A stretch of 64,000 nucleotides of DNA from Candidatus Thorarchaeota archaeon (GTDB lineage Archaea; Asgardarchaeota; Thorarchaeia; Thorarchaeales; Thorarchaeaceae). Below, piece after piece: positions 27,733 through 36,895 of the stretch; positions within the stretch are counted from its first letter, which is position 1; each line of letters starts with the position of its first letter. The translations under genes were made by a program, and so were the position numbers. The notes under the pieces are model-generated. The model saw only the letters and a program-made list of their open reading frames with translations, was not told the origin of the DNA and made no database searches. The stretch spans positions 1 to 64,000 of the forward strand of contig JBHIAE010000003.1 in NCBI GenBank assembly GCA_046758445.1, read 5' to 3'.

Positions 27733-28452
27733 CTATTCTTCAATGAGAATTCTAGCGTCCACGACAAGAACGCCTTTGCCTTTCTCATAGAGAAACACTG
27801 GGTTACAGTCAAGCTCCGAGATGTCGGGATTCTCTTCCATCATCCTGGAAACCGCCATTATCACCTTGACCAAGGCATCCACATCGCGTGGAGCCTGACC
27901 GCGGATACCATCGAGTATCTTCGCGGCCTTTATCTCACGAATCATTTCTCGCGCATCAATCTCAGCTAGGGGAATCAATCTGAAAGTCACATCTTTCAAG
28001 ACCTCTACGAATACTCCTCCGAGACCGAACATCAGTGCATGGCCGAACTGAGGGTCGCGAGTTACTCCCACAATGACCTCGGTTCCTGTGTCTGCGAAGT
28101 CTGAGATGAAGACACCCTTACTCAGATCAACCTGGATTCCTTCCTTGTTGCCATATGCCTTCGCGTTCTCCATGATCTCAGTAAACGCCTTTCGCACTTC
28201 ATCGGCATTCTGTAGGTTGATTTTGACCCCTCCAGCATCTGACTTGTGCAAAACGTCCTTGGAGAGGATCTTCAGAACCACTGGAAAGCCAATCTTCTTC
28301 GACTTCTCCACAGCTTCATCAGCTGTAGAAGCCGTATCATAGGGTGGAATTGGAATCCCATATGCCTTCATGATGTCCTTTGCTTCGTGCTCGAGAACAA
28401 AGGTTCTGCCCTCCTCGCGGGCAGTCTTGAATATCTTCTTGGCAGCCTTCAT
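27733..28452 (-). CDS. Acetate/acyl-CoA synthetase (ADP-forming) beta subunit, ATP-grasp
   Basis: E.EAK.I...YGIP, GFPVVLKI.S....HKSDAGGV, DPQFG..LMFGLGG, ELD.NP, VDAR. Confidence 0.9.
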   Translation of the reverse strand: MKAAKKIFKTAREEGRTFVLEHEAKDIMKAYGIPIPPYDTASTADEAVEKSKKIGFPVVLKILSKDVLHKSDAGGVKINLQNADEVRKAFTEIMENAKAYGNKEGIQVDLSKGVFISDFADTGTEVIVGVTRDPQFGHALMFGLGGVFVEVLKDVTFRLIPLAEIDAREMIREIKAAKILDGIRGQAPRDVDALVKVIMAVSRMMEENPDISELDCNPVFLYEKGKGVLVVDARILIEE

Positions 28453-28562
28453 CCTTGTTCAGACCTCTCTGCACTGCTGATTAGTTCCTCTTATTTATGG
28501 TTTCAGGCAACATAACACAATCCTAATAGCAGCACCCAGAATGCGTAGGTTGAGGCGCAGAT

Positions 28563-29570
28563 TTGGGATTCGACATACTCTCGGACGGCCAAGCCATTAT
28601 GGAATCGTCAAGCTCAGAGCTTGAAAGGTCCATGGGGCTTGCATTTGATTCCAGACGAAGAGTCTTTGGAGATGAACTGCTGTGCTATAGCCCGACTGCT
28701 TATCCCTACAAGATATCTGATCACAAGCAATCAAGCCTTCACAACTTCATCTCTATCAGCGTCACGGGTACCTCTTGTTCTCTTGAATGTGATCATTGTG
28801 ATGGGCATCTCTTGAAGGCGATGAAACCGGCTCTCACACCCGAGGCGCTTGTCAAAAGATGCCAGGAGGTAGAAGCTCGCGGAGCTGAAGGCGTCCTAAT
28901 CAGCGGTGGGTCCGATTCCAAGGGGCATGTTCCACTGGACAGATTCGGTGAGGCTATCAAGACAATAAAGACTGAGCTCGGGCTGAAGGTTGTTGTCCAT
29001 ACTGGTCTTGTGACCGAAAAGACAGCACAGCTCTTGAAGGAAGCAGGAATCGATGCCGCTATGCTTGACATCATCGGCAACGAGCAGGTCGCACGGAGTG
29101 TCTATCACATAGAAGATGGCCCAAGGAGAATGAATGCCTCTCTTAGCATTCTTCGTGAGTCAGGGATTCCTACTGTGCCTCACATCTTGGTCGGTATCAA
29201 CTATGGCAAGATTGGGGGTGAGCTAGAAGCAATGCAGATGATCGCACAGAATGACCCCGCAGCAGTGGTTGTTATAGTTCTGAATCCTGTTAGAAGAACA
29301 CCGATGGAGTCTATCAACCCTCCTGCTCCTGAAGCCATTGGAAGGGTCATCACGGTAGCACGTCACGCGATGGAGAAGACACCCATACTCCTCGGTTGTG
29401 CACGGCCAATGGGGCAGCACAAGGTGGACTCTGACAAGTACGCAGTTATGAGTGGGGCAAACGGAATTGCCTACATAAGTCAGGCAGGCGTTGATTTTGC
29501 CAAGGAACGTGGGTTAGAGCCCGTCTTTAGCGACATATGTTGTAGTCTTGCCTATCAGATGTTCATGTAG
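28563..29570 (+). CDS. Radical SAM protein, archaeal lipoyl synthase LipS1-like
   Basis: SVTG..CSLECDHC, LISGG, GCARP and C-terminal CCS motifs. Confidence 0.75.
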   Translation: MGFDILSDGQAIMESSSSELERSMGLAFDSRRRVFGDELLCYSPTAYPYKISDHKQSSLHNFISISVTGTSCSLECDHCDGHLLKAMKPALTPEALVKRCQEVEARGAEGVLISGGSDSKGHVPLDRFGEAIKTIKTELGLKVVVHTGLVTEKTAQLLKEAGIDAAMLDIIGNEQVARSVYHIEDGPRRMNASLSILRESGIPTVPHILVGINYGKIGGELEAMQMIAQNDPAAVVVIVLNPVRRTPMESINPPAPEAIGRVITVARHAMEKTPILLGCARPMGQHKVDSDKYAVMSGANGIAYISQAGVDFAKERGLEPVFSDICCSLAYQMFM

Positions 29571-30108
29571 GCATCATGCGAACAGCCCGAGCTATGGTTT
29601 CGTAGCCCAAGTCAAAGAACCATAGTCCTACTGCACTTGGTAGGAAATCTGGCCACACAAGGGCGAGAAGCAGGACTGCCAGCTTAAGGGCAAATCTGTA
29701 GCGAAAGAAGGCCGCCACCCAAGGACTATTCCCTCCTTCTGCCCAGTCATTTCCTCGCTCATCGATAATTGCAGTCAATAGTAGAACTGTCAGAAGTGCG
29801 AGCCATTCAAACCATCTCGTTATGACTGGCACTCCAATCACAATCAAGACGACGCCGATCATTAGGAATCCCACGAGAAACTGTGGTCGGTTCACCTTGC
29901 CAGACAGGAGAACACCAATCACTATCGCTGTCAATAACACTAAATCCAATTCAGAAACAGTCATAATCAATCCGAAAAGTAGTCCTGACAGAGCGAGAGG
30001 TGCTGCTGCTAGATTGGGCCTGCCAAGCTCATCAAGCAGGTCGTCACCGAGCTTGAGTGTCAGACCGGCCAGCCAATATGACACATAGTAAAGAAGCCAC
30101 TCAAGCAT
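29563..30108 (-). CDS. Uncharacterised multi-pass membrane protein
   Basis: Hydrophobic helices with K..DD..DE and DE.GND acidic motifs. Confidence 0.75.
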   Translation of the reverse strand: MLEWLLYYVSYWLAGLTLKLGDDLLDELGRPNLAAAPLALSGLLFGLIMTVSELDLVLLTAIVIGVLLSGKVNRPQFLVGFLMIGVVLIVIGVPVITRWFEWLALLTVLLLTAIIDERGNDWAEGGNSPWVAAFFRYRFALKLAVLLLALVWPDFLPSAVGLWFFDLGYETIARAVRMMPT

Positions 30109-30169
30109 CTAAGATCTCCTTCCAGAAAGTCTTCAGATCTCTGTGATATACAGACGTGTCCACGGTGGA

Positions 30170-30241
30170 GGCTCCTCAGTCTAACTATGACTCGTCGCTG
30201 GACATTGCTGTCCTCAGATAGCCAATTGCATCATCGGAGCC
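30170..30241 (-). ncRNA. Box C/D guide sRNA targeting LSU rRNA helices 69-71
   Basis: Minus strand reads GGCTCC, ATGATG (C), guide, CTGA (D'), hairpin, GCGACGA (C'), guide, CTGA (D), GGAGCC. Guides are complementary to UAACUAUGAC and UAGCCAA; TTTTAT lies about 25 nt upstream. Confidence 0.8.
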
Positions 30242-30284
30242 TTGTCTGCATCAGTTGATTATCTGATAAAACTTAGTACCCCAC

Positions 30285-30569
30285 CTATAGGAGTACTACA
30301 GGAGTTCCTATGGCTTGGCCTGGGAGATTCGTTCGGAACTTCGCGCGAACAGCTCCGCCATTACCGTGAGGGCCAAGAACCTTTCCGAGGAACTCGCGTC
30401 CAGTTTCCGAGGACCAGCGCACCTTTCTGCCAACGAGAGTTGCTGCTTCTGCCCTTGTCTTGATGTTGTCAAACAAGAGGAGCACTTGGTTCGGGTTCTG
30501 CAGGTGTTTCCCTCTCCGATAACTTGTAACAACGCCCTTCAGACCTTTCTTGACCTCGGTTTTGGGCAC
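30285..30569 (-). CDS. rpl35Ae: 50S ribosomal protein L35Ae
   Basis: SYRRG...Q..NQ.L, GKV...HGN.G.VRAKF..NLPGQAIG. Confidence 0.95.
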   Translation of the reverse strand: MPKTEVKKGLKGVVTSYRRGKHLQNPNQVLLLFDNIKTRAEAATLVGRKVRWSSETGREFLGKVLGPHGNGGAVRAKFRTNLPGQAIGTPVVLL

Positions 30570-30650
30570 TATGGTTTCCTCCAGTGGGATTCTCGTTCAC
30601 GCCTTTGGGATGTCATATAAGAGTTACTGAACATCCCTTCTCGTCTGCGC

Positions 30651-31283
30651 CTATTCAATCTCTGGGCCCTTGCTGGGTCTGTCTATCTCTGTTGCTTCAG
30701 ATATGTGAGTCTGTAGACGGTCTGCAATCATCCTGCTCTTCTCGACTAGCACATCTCTTACTGACCATCCAATTGTGTCTTGGCGGAGCGTGATCTTGAA
30801 CAGTGCGAACCAGGCTCGCCCGTCGGCGTATGCCCCCGCCTGATAAAGATCCTCCACCATCTGCTGAGCAAGTCCAACCTTGTCATCTGCGTCCTTGAAC
30901 CTGCTGATGACAATTCGTTCACGTTCGATAATCTCCTTGACACGCCAGGACATTTGGAGAGAGCTCACAAGAGAGAGTATTGCTACAAACAACACGTAGG
31001 GCATCAGAGGTGTCAGCAAGTAGAGGATCTCAGAGAAAAGAAGGATGCCGATTATTGACCCAACAAGAATCACCTGAAAGAGTACTGTTTCTATCAGGAC
31101 ATTTCGAAGCTGAGCTATTCGCCAAGAGTAGTACCGCGAAAGAAACGACTTAGGCGGACGAAAGTGTGTGATGTCATTGAGGTATTGGTTTCGTCCTCGG
31201 CGCACGATGAATAGCAGTACGCCCTGTAGAAAGAGCGCGTTTATAATCACCACGAACGAATACACCTGGACAACACTCTGCAT
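30651..31283 (-). CDS. Hypothetical membrane protein (three TM helices plus helical C-terminus)
   Basis: Likely start ATG 31283 (MQSVVQ); the upstream ORF extension overlaps dhs and the structured RNA. Confidence 0.7.
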   Translation of the reverse strand: MQSVVQVYSFVVIINALFLQGVLLFIVRRGRNQYLNDITHFRPPKSFLSRYYSWRIAQLRNVLIETVLFQVILVGSIIGILLFSEILYLLTPLMPYVLFVAILSLVSSLQMSWRVKEIIERERIVISRFKDADDKVGLAQQMVEDLYQAGAYADGRAWFALFKITLRQDTIGWSVRDVLVEKSRMIADRLQTHISEATEIDRPSKGPEIE

Positions 31284-31382
31284 AGGTGTAGAGCACTGCT
31301 CTGGAGATTTAAAGGCTATTGAACTGCGCGCAAACGCAATACTTTCGCTTCTCTCTCTATACTTCATCAGTTCTTTGAAACC

Positions 31383-31505
31383 TATTACCGCGGCCCGAAA
31401 GGCTGAACCACGCATGAACGCACTATATTCATACTCGATTCGTTTTGGGCAACGCGGGTCCCGGTCAAGCCCTCCCGGTCGAGAACCTGGGCCCGCGTTC
31501 TTTCT
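31383..31505 (+). ncRNA. Candidate structured RNA with antisense element to SSU rRNA helix 18
   Basis: TATTACCGCGGC is the reverse complement of GCCGCGGUAAUA; two long hairpins, then a U-rich tract. Confidence 0.45.
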
Positions 31506-31561
31506 TATTCCCACAGAATGACTTATCTCAGTACCAAAGGCTCCCGATGTTGGTGGCCGTA

Positions 31562-32485
31562 GTGAAACGTGTTCGTCACTTAGATCCAACCAGCCAAGAC
31601 ACCATTCATGGCCTCTTGGAGGCCATGGAAGACGTCGGAGTCCTTGGGGCAGGCAGACTAGGAAGAGCTACCTCCATTGTCACACGTATGTTCAACGACC
31701 CGGATTGTTTCAAGTTTCTGTCACTCTCAGGTCCTATGGTTCCGGGTGGCTTACGGAAGCTCATTAGTCATCTAGTCAAACTGGGGAAAGTGAACGCAAT
31801 AGTCACCAGCGGCGCAAATGTCGTACATGACTTAGTGGAGGCTTATGGCGGCGCCCACTATCGGGTTCCCAGTGAAAGCGACGATCAACAACTGAGAGAG
31901 GCAGGCATGGGCCGAATCGCCGACATCTATGCTGAAGAGAAGGACTTCGAAACCCTTGAGAAGAGAATCTATGTCTTTCTTGACGCTATGCCCGAGGAGA
32001 ACATGACTAGTCTGGCGCCTAGCGAGTTCCTCACACAGCTTGGACACACCTTGACTGACGAGGGGTCAATAGTATTCCAGGCGGCCCGGAACAGTGTCCC
32101 CATAATCTCGCCTGGCCTAATGGACTCGATGCTGGGGCTTCATCTGTACACCTACAGCACAATGAAACGCTTCAGCCTCGACTTTGTGAAGGATTTGAGA
32201 ATCCTTGGAGAACTTGTGACTGAGACAAAGAGGACGGGGGCCATAATGCTGGGAGGGGGGCTCACTAAGCACTTCACTATGGGGTCCACGATTCTCCGGG
32301 GTGGTCTCGACATGGCTGTTCAAGTCACCCTCGACCGACCTGAGGGCGGCAGTCTGAGCGGTGCCCCCCTTGTTGAGGGAGTCTCCTGGCAGAAGGTGCA
32401 GACAGGGGCCAAGTTTGAGACCGTAATCGGAGATGCCACCATTATCTTTCCGTTGATGGTGATTGGTGCTCTGAATGCACGATGA
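31562..32485 (+). CDS. dys: Deoxyhypusine synthase
   Basis: LSGPMVPGGLR, VTSGANVVHD, GRI.DI, LGGG..KH, GSLSGA...E.VSW.K, GDATI.FP. Start approximate. Confidence 0.92.
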   Translation: MKRVRHLDPTSQDTIHGLLEAMEDVGVLGAGRLGRATSIVTRMFNDPDCFKFLSLSGPMVPGGLRKLISHLVKLGKVNAIVTSGANVVHDLVEAYGGAHYRVPSESDDQQLREAGMGRIADIYAEEKDFETLEKRIYVFLDAMPEENMTSLAPSEFLTQLGHTLTDEGSIVFQAARNSVPIISPGLMDSMLGLHLYTYSTMKRFSLDFVKDLRILGELVTETKRTGAIMLGGGLTKHFTMGSTILRGGLDMAVQVTLDRPEGGSLSGAPLVEGVSWQKVQTGAKFETVIGDATIIFPLMVIGALNAR

Positions 32486-32533
32486 GTAGTCTGGGAATTG
32501 GCACGTTCTCTGCCAAGGCTCACTCGGAATAGT

Positions 32534-32761
32534 CTACGAACGTGCAATCACAATCAGTCCGATCAGAGCCAGCAATGCACCCAAGTAGAGATGGTCCAAG
32601 TGAAAGCCAGAAATGACTATGGGCTGGAAGTCAGGTAGCCAATGGAGCCACTCTGTTCCGGGAACGAAGTGATGGAGATCATCAAGGAAGATTGCAGCTC
32701 CGATGATGAACATCAGCGCACCAGCTGCGAGTCTGCCACTGCTTCTCGAAATGTCAGTCAC
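32534..32761 (-). CDS. Small two-TM membrane protein
   Basis: SD GGAGGAG; two hydrophobic helices with a His-rich loop. Confidence 0.6.
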   Translation of the reverse strand: MTDISRSSGRLAAGALMFIIGAAIFLDDLHHFVPGTEWLHWLPDFQPIVISGFHLDHLYLGALLALIGLIVIARS

Positions 32762-32928
32762 TCTCCTCCGTCATTGGTTACACGACGGTCTACAATCATA
32801 CTGAATAACGGTGGGCTATCAATCATTGCATTTGGACGGCACCCATTTTGGACCCAATGACGTTACCGAACACTTATCTTGACACCTGGTTAACAAATGT
32901 TAATTCGTATATCGAGAGGATGATTCGA

Positions 32929-33330
32929 ATGACAGACAAATATCCAGTGCCATACAAGAAAGACCAGGTGTACTTCCAGTATGATGTGAAGGACTTCAAT
33001 AGAGCCAAGAAGTTCTACGAGGAAGTTCTGGGATTTGAGAAGACCTGGGACGGCGGTGAGGAAGCCGGGTGGGTAGAGTTCGCCCTGCCAGTTGGCGGCG
33101 CAAGAGTGGGCCTAAACCTCAAGCGTGAAGGCGAGATAGACCGTGGTTCAGGGACTCTGACGCTTGTAGTAGAAGACCTTGACGTGACAAAGAACTACTT
33201 TGGGACCAAGGGCGTTGAAGCAAGTGACATTGTGGACATTCCAGACATGGTGTCATACTTTGATATCGAGGATACCGAAGGAAACCCAATTCAGGTTGTT
33301 TCTGATCCGAGAGTGAAGAGTGAGAAGTAG
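32929..33330 (+). CDS. VOC/glyoxalase family protein
   Basis: V.D..RAK.FY..VLGF, L.VEDLD, F.I.D.EGN.I. Confidence 0.9.
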   Translation: MTDKYPVPYKKDQVYFQYDVKDFNRAKKFYEEVLGFEKTWDGGEEAGWVEFALPVGGARVGLNLKREGEIDRGSGTLTLVVEDLDVTKNYFGTKGVEASDIVDIPDMVSYFDIEDTEGNPIQVVSDPRVKSEK

Positions 33331-33476
33331 GTACAGGCAATACTAAGGGGATGAACCACTGATTCTATACTTCAGAGTTCTCTCATTAAATTCCTAGTTA
33401 GAGCTCTGTTCGAGAAGCTGAATGTAGGACGGAAGGCATTTGAGAGAGGGTAACCCTCATACAAATGTGACCTGTC

Positions 33477-33974
33477 ATGAATGCCAAGCAGTCTGGCAAC
33501 ATCATAGCTAAGGCCCTGGAAGCACAATACACAGGAAGCCTGAATATGCTCCAAGCTGCAATTGCAGCTGTCCCAGACGAGAGATGGCACGCAGGAGTGG
33601 GGGCGTGGTTCTACTCTTACAACGTCTACCATACCATCGAGGCCGTCCAGTTCTATCTTGGTAGCGATCCAGATGCCATGAAGTGGGGGGCAAGAGCTGG
33701 ATTTGAGTGGAGCCCTGATACGAATATAGAGAAAGACGTTCTACCAAAGCTGAACAAGAAACTAGTGAATTCCCATATGCTGGAGGTCCGCCAGAAGCTG
33801 TCAGATATACTGAAAGCGATGAGGGATGAGGAGTTCTTTGAAGTCGATGGCTTCTATTGGGTTGACTCCATCTTTGAGAAACTAGTATATTGTCTTCGTC
33901 ACACTGCTCATCATGTAGGGGAGCTTTGCAGAGCTCTTAGAGAATGGGGCTTGGAGCCTGTGAAGTGGTCCTAG
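33477..33974 (+). CDS. DinB/YfiT family protein
   Basis: L..AI..VP.E.W, YH, C-terminal RH..HH.G.L. Confidence 0.85.
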   Translation: MNAKQSGNIIAKALEAQYTGSLNMLQAAIAAVPDERWHAGVGAWFYSYNVYHTIEAVQFYLGSDPDAMKWGARAGFEWSPDTNIEKDVLPKLNKKLVNSHMLEVRQKLSDILKAMRDEEFFEVDGFYWVDSIFEKLVYCLRHTAHHVGELCRALREWGLEPVKWS

Positions 33975-34034
33975 TTGAGGTATTCCGAAGGAAGAGTTCA
34001 AGCAGAACTACGAAAAGAGAGTGGTCGTATACCC

Positions 34035-34166
34035 ATGGAAAGCAGATTGAAATGTCCTGTGTGTAAGAGCACGGAGATTAGTAGGGAGATGTATCATGGG
34101 GCCTTTGGCATCAGGGCTCGCTTTGTCTATTACTGCAGGAAGTGTGGGAATCAATGGGAAGAGTGA
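34035..34166 (+). CDS. Small zinc-ribbon protein
   Basis: MESRLKCPVCKSTEI...YYCRKCGNQWEE. Confidence 0.7.
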   Translation: MESRLKCPVCKSTEISREMYHGAFGIRARFVYYCRKCGNQWEE

Positions 34167-34276
34167 CTGCGACACAAAGTGTTGGAGAACCCATGCCATA
34201 ATCCTTTTATTCGTTGCAAAGGGCTCTCGGGTGAATCTGGCCACATGTTAGGCCATCGACCAGTCAGGTGAGCAAA

Positions 34277-34816
34277 ATGGGAAAGCGACCAGGTCATTGC
34301 TATCGCGAGGCGGATAGGCCGCCATTCGTAAGACGTCGGTACATTCATCGTCAGCCAGCCAGCCGGATAGTCAGCTTTGACATGGGCAACGCTGGCGGTG
34401 AGTTTGATGTGGAGCTCTCTCTAGTCGGACTTGAGAGGTGCCAGATTCGACATCAGGCCCTGGAAGCAGCCCGAATTGCCTCTAATCGGCATATGACCAA
34501 GACAGTTGGCCGGAAGAACTACCACCTGAGAATCCGAGTAAAGCCATACCATTACCTCCGAGAGAACAAGATGATATCCGGAGCGGGTGCGGACCGTGTT
34601 CAGGACGGCATGAGAAAGGCATTCGGCAAGGTCATCGGTGTGGCAGCCAGAGTGAGGCCTAATCAAGCGCTTATCACCATTCGGACCAACAAAGAGAACA
34701 TCAAACAGGCAATGAGGGCACTGAAGAAGGCTGCGCCCAAGATGCCCACACCCTGCAAGGTGAATTTCGATAGGATAGACCCTGAGCTGAAAAAGAAGCT
34801 TGGCTATGGCGCCTAG
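34277..34816 (+). CDS. rpl16: 50S ribosomal protein L16/L10e
   Basis: RP..CYR, QIRH.ALEAAR, LRENKM..GAGADR..DGMR.AFGK. Confidence 0.96.
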   Translation: MGKRPGHCYREADRPPFVRRRYIHRQPASRIVSFDMGNAGGEFDVELSLVGLERCQIRHQALEAARIASNRHMTKTVGRKNYHLRIRVKPYHYLRENKMISGAGADRVQDGMRKAFGKVIGVAARVRPNQALITIRTNKENIKQAMRALKKAAPKMPTPCKVNFDRIDPELKKKLGYGA

Positions 34817-35553
34817 TCCTCGATATTTCTCTTCATCAAGTTTCTCAGCTTTCTTACGACTCCCGTGAGTGTCGCCACTTCACGTCCGGTCATATACGCC
34901 CTGCCCAGAAGATTTCTGAAGACCTGCCTAGCAATCGGCTTTCTGTAATCCTTGATATCTAGCTCATCTACGACCTCATCGAAGAACTTGTAGACAATCT
35001 CTCTTTCCTCTCGAGTGGCTGGTTTGGCTTCAGTAGCCTCTGGAGGCTCCACAGGTGCGAACTTCCTGAATAGCTCGTACAGTGTAACAGCAACAGCATG
35101 GCTGAGGTTTAAGCTCGGATATCCTTTGGACACCGGTATTGTGAATACGAGGTCGCAGAGAGAAACCTCCTGATTTGTCAATCCAGCATCTTCTCTTCCA
35201 AATACTAGTGCTACACGGCCAGACACAGAACGCGGATCAGGGAGTTCTTGGAGCGGCACAGCAGCCCTTGTTACACTGTGATTCCGACCCACTCTTGCTG
35301 TAGCAGCCCATGATGCATGCATATCCCCTAGAGCTGACTCAAGATCTGTAAAGACTCCTGCTGACTCCAGAATCTCAAATGCACGTACAGAGAACATTCG
35401 AGCGTGTTCGTCGTTTCGGGAATCCTCTCCCACGATTCTAAGGGCGTTCACGCCGAAATTGGCCAGAACTCTCGCTGCGAAACCGACGTTTCCTGGATTT
35501 CTCGGCTCTACTAGGACTACCGTGAGGTTCGACAGCTCGCTCAACATGACCAC
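34813..35553 (-). CDS. trmJ: tRNA 2'-O-methyltransferase, TrmJ/SpoU family
   Basis: VVLVEP...GNVG..AR...NFG, VFGRE..GLTN.E, IP....YPSLNLSHAV. Confidence 0.9.
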   Translation of the reverse strand: MVMLSELSNLTVVLVEPRNPGNVGFAARVLANFGVNALRIVGEDSRNDEHARMFSVRAFEILESAGVFTDLESALGDMHASWAATARVGRNHSVTRAAVPLQELPDPRSVSGRVALVFGREDAGLTNQEVSLCDLVFTIPVSKGYPSLNLSHAVAVTLYELFRKFAPVEPPEATEAKPATREEREIVYKFFDEVVDELDIKDYRKPIARQVFRNLLGRAYMTGREVATLTGVVRKLRNLMKRNIED

Positions 35554-35562
35554 CTACGAGAT

Positions 35563-36741
35563 CTACCTGTGCATAAGCTGAAGCACATCTCCATCTTGAA
35601 GCGGATAGTTGAGTCCGACCTGCCTGCGCTTTACCTTGTCGTGTTGACGATATATCACTGCGGCCCGAAACTTCTCCACAAACAGCTCTTTGTGAACCTT
35701 GGCCGCAGCATCCTCGACAACAGAGCCCTCAGGCAAGACGATGGGTTTGTCCTCTTGTTTCTTTCCGGGAATCTTGGTGTAGACTCTAAGGATGTCAAGA
35801 TGACCGTACAGAGCCCACATCATTCCGTCCAAGTTTTCCCCTCTCTCTGCGGAAACTGGGATGATGTCGAAACGTTCTCCATACTTCTTTTCAAGTTCCT
35901 CAAATCGCCCCTCAGAACCTGGGACATCGCCCTTTGTGGCTATTATTAGGGCGCGCACATAGGCCACGCTGGCATCCATGGCGTCCATGAGATGTTTTAG
36001 CGTTGCAGGTCTTTGGAAACGTACAATGATGTTGGATACCCTACTCGCTCTCAGATACTCGCGGACCTCTTCTATATCACCCTGATAGTGCTGCGCACCG
36101 TAGATCATATGGCCGCCAAGACCAACTCGCTCAATTCTGACTGCGCTCTGCTCTCTGTTCAATCGGATTCTCGTGCTATCCAATTCACCGAGTATGACAC
36201 CCATCTGGGAGTCGATGTCTTGCGACAGATCGATGACAAGTGCGATACAATCAGTGGTACGTGCGACTGCTAATGCCTGCCTCCCTATTCCGGCCTCATG
36301 ACTCCCTTCGAACAGTCCTGGAATCTCAACCAGTTGAATGTTGATGTCTTCCAAAGTCAGCATTGCTGGTGTCGGAATTGCAGTCGTGAAGGGATAGTCG
36401 CCAACATCAAACTCTGCATTAGTCACTGCGTTGATCAAGGTCGATTTTCCACTGTTTGTTACACCAATGAGACAGACCTGCCCCGCACCCTCCTTGCGTA
36501 TCACACCCTCCTCGGAGGCTCTTGCTCTGCTGCGAGTTCGTTCCTGCTCCTTCTGTTTCTCAAGCTTTGCCTTCAGCTGAGCAAGCTTCTTCCTATAGTC
36601 GCCAACCATGCGTTCTGCACCCTTATGTCTTGGAGCTAAGGAGAGCAGTTTCTCCAATTCCACGATCCGCTGCGCCAAGTCTTCGGTGTCCTCGTAGATT
36701 TGTCTCTGTTTGTCGAACTCAGGAGATACATTGGTCGGCAA
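35563..36741 (-). CDS. DRG/OBG-family GTPase with TGS domain
   Basis: PRHKG.E, G.TNSGKST, YPFTT, IRVYTK-like motif and TGS domain. Confidence 0.92.
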   Translation of the reverse strand: MPTNVSPEFDKQRQIYEDTEDLAQRIVELEKLLSLAPRHKGAERMVGDYRKKLAQLKAKLEKQKEQERTRSRARASEEGVIRKEGAGQVCLIGVTNSGKSTLINAVTNAEFDVGDYPFTTAIPTPAMLTLEDINIQLVEIPGLFEGSHEAGIGRQALAVARTTDCIALVIDLSQDIDSQMGVILGELDSTRIRLNREQSAVRIERVGLGGHMIYGAQHYQGDIEEVREYLRASRVSNIIVRFQRPATLKHLMDAMDASVAYVRALIIATKGDVPGSEGRFEELEKKYGERFDIIPVSAERGENLDGMMWALYGHLDILRVYTKIPGKKQEDKPIVLPEGSVVEDAAAKVHKELFVEKFRAAVIYRQHDKVKRRQVGLNYPLQDGDVLQLMHR

Positions 36742-36895
36742 AGCGGGCTACATCCACATACTAGGTTTCTGTTTCGTTGTCCCTTCTGAAGACTGTCATT
36801 ATGAAGGTTTTCAAAAGGACCACAAACATCAGCGAATGTGTGATTGATTCTTCTTGCGCGTTGTGGATATATACGCTCAACAACCACATCACAAT

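Noticed and set aside
31284-31589. Long N-terminal extensions of ORFs 30651-31589 and 31445-32485
   Set aside because: They overlap head-to-head and are not homologous to the families; internal starts fit better
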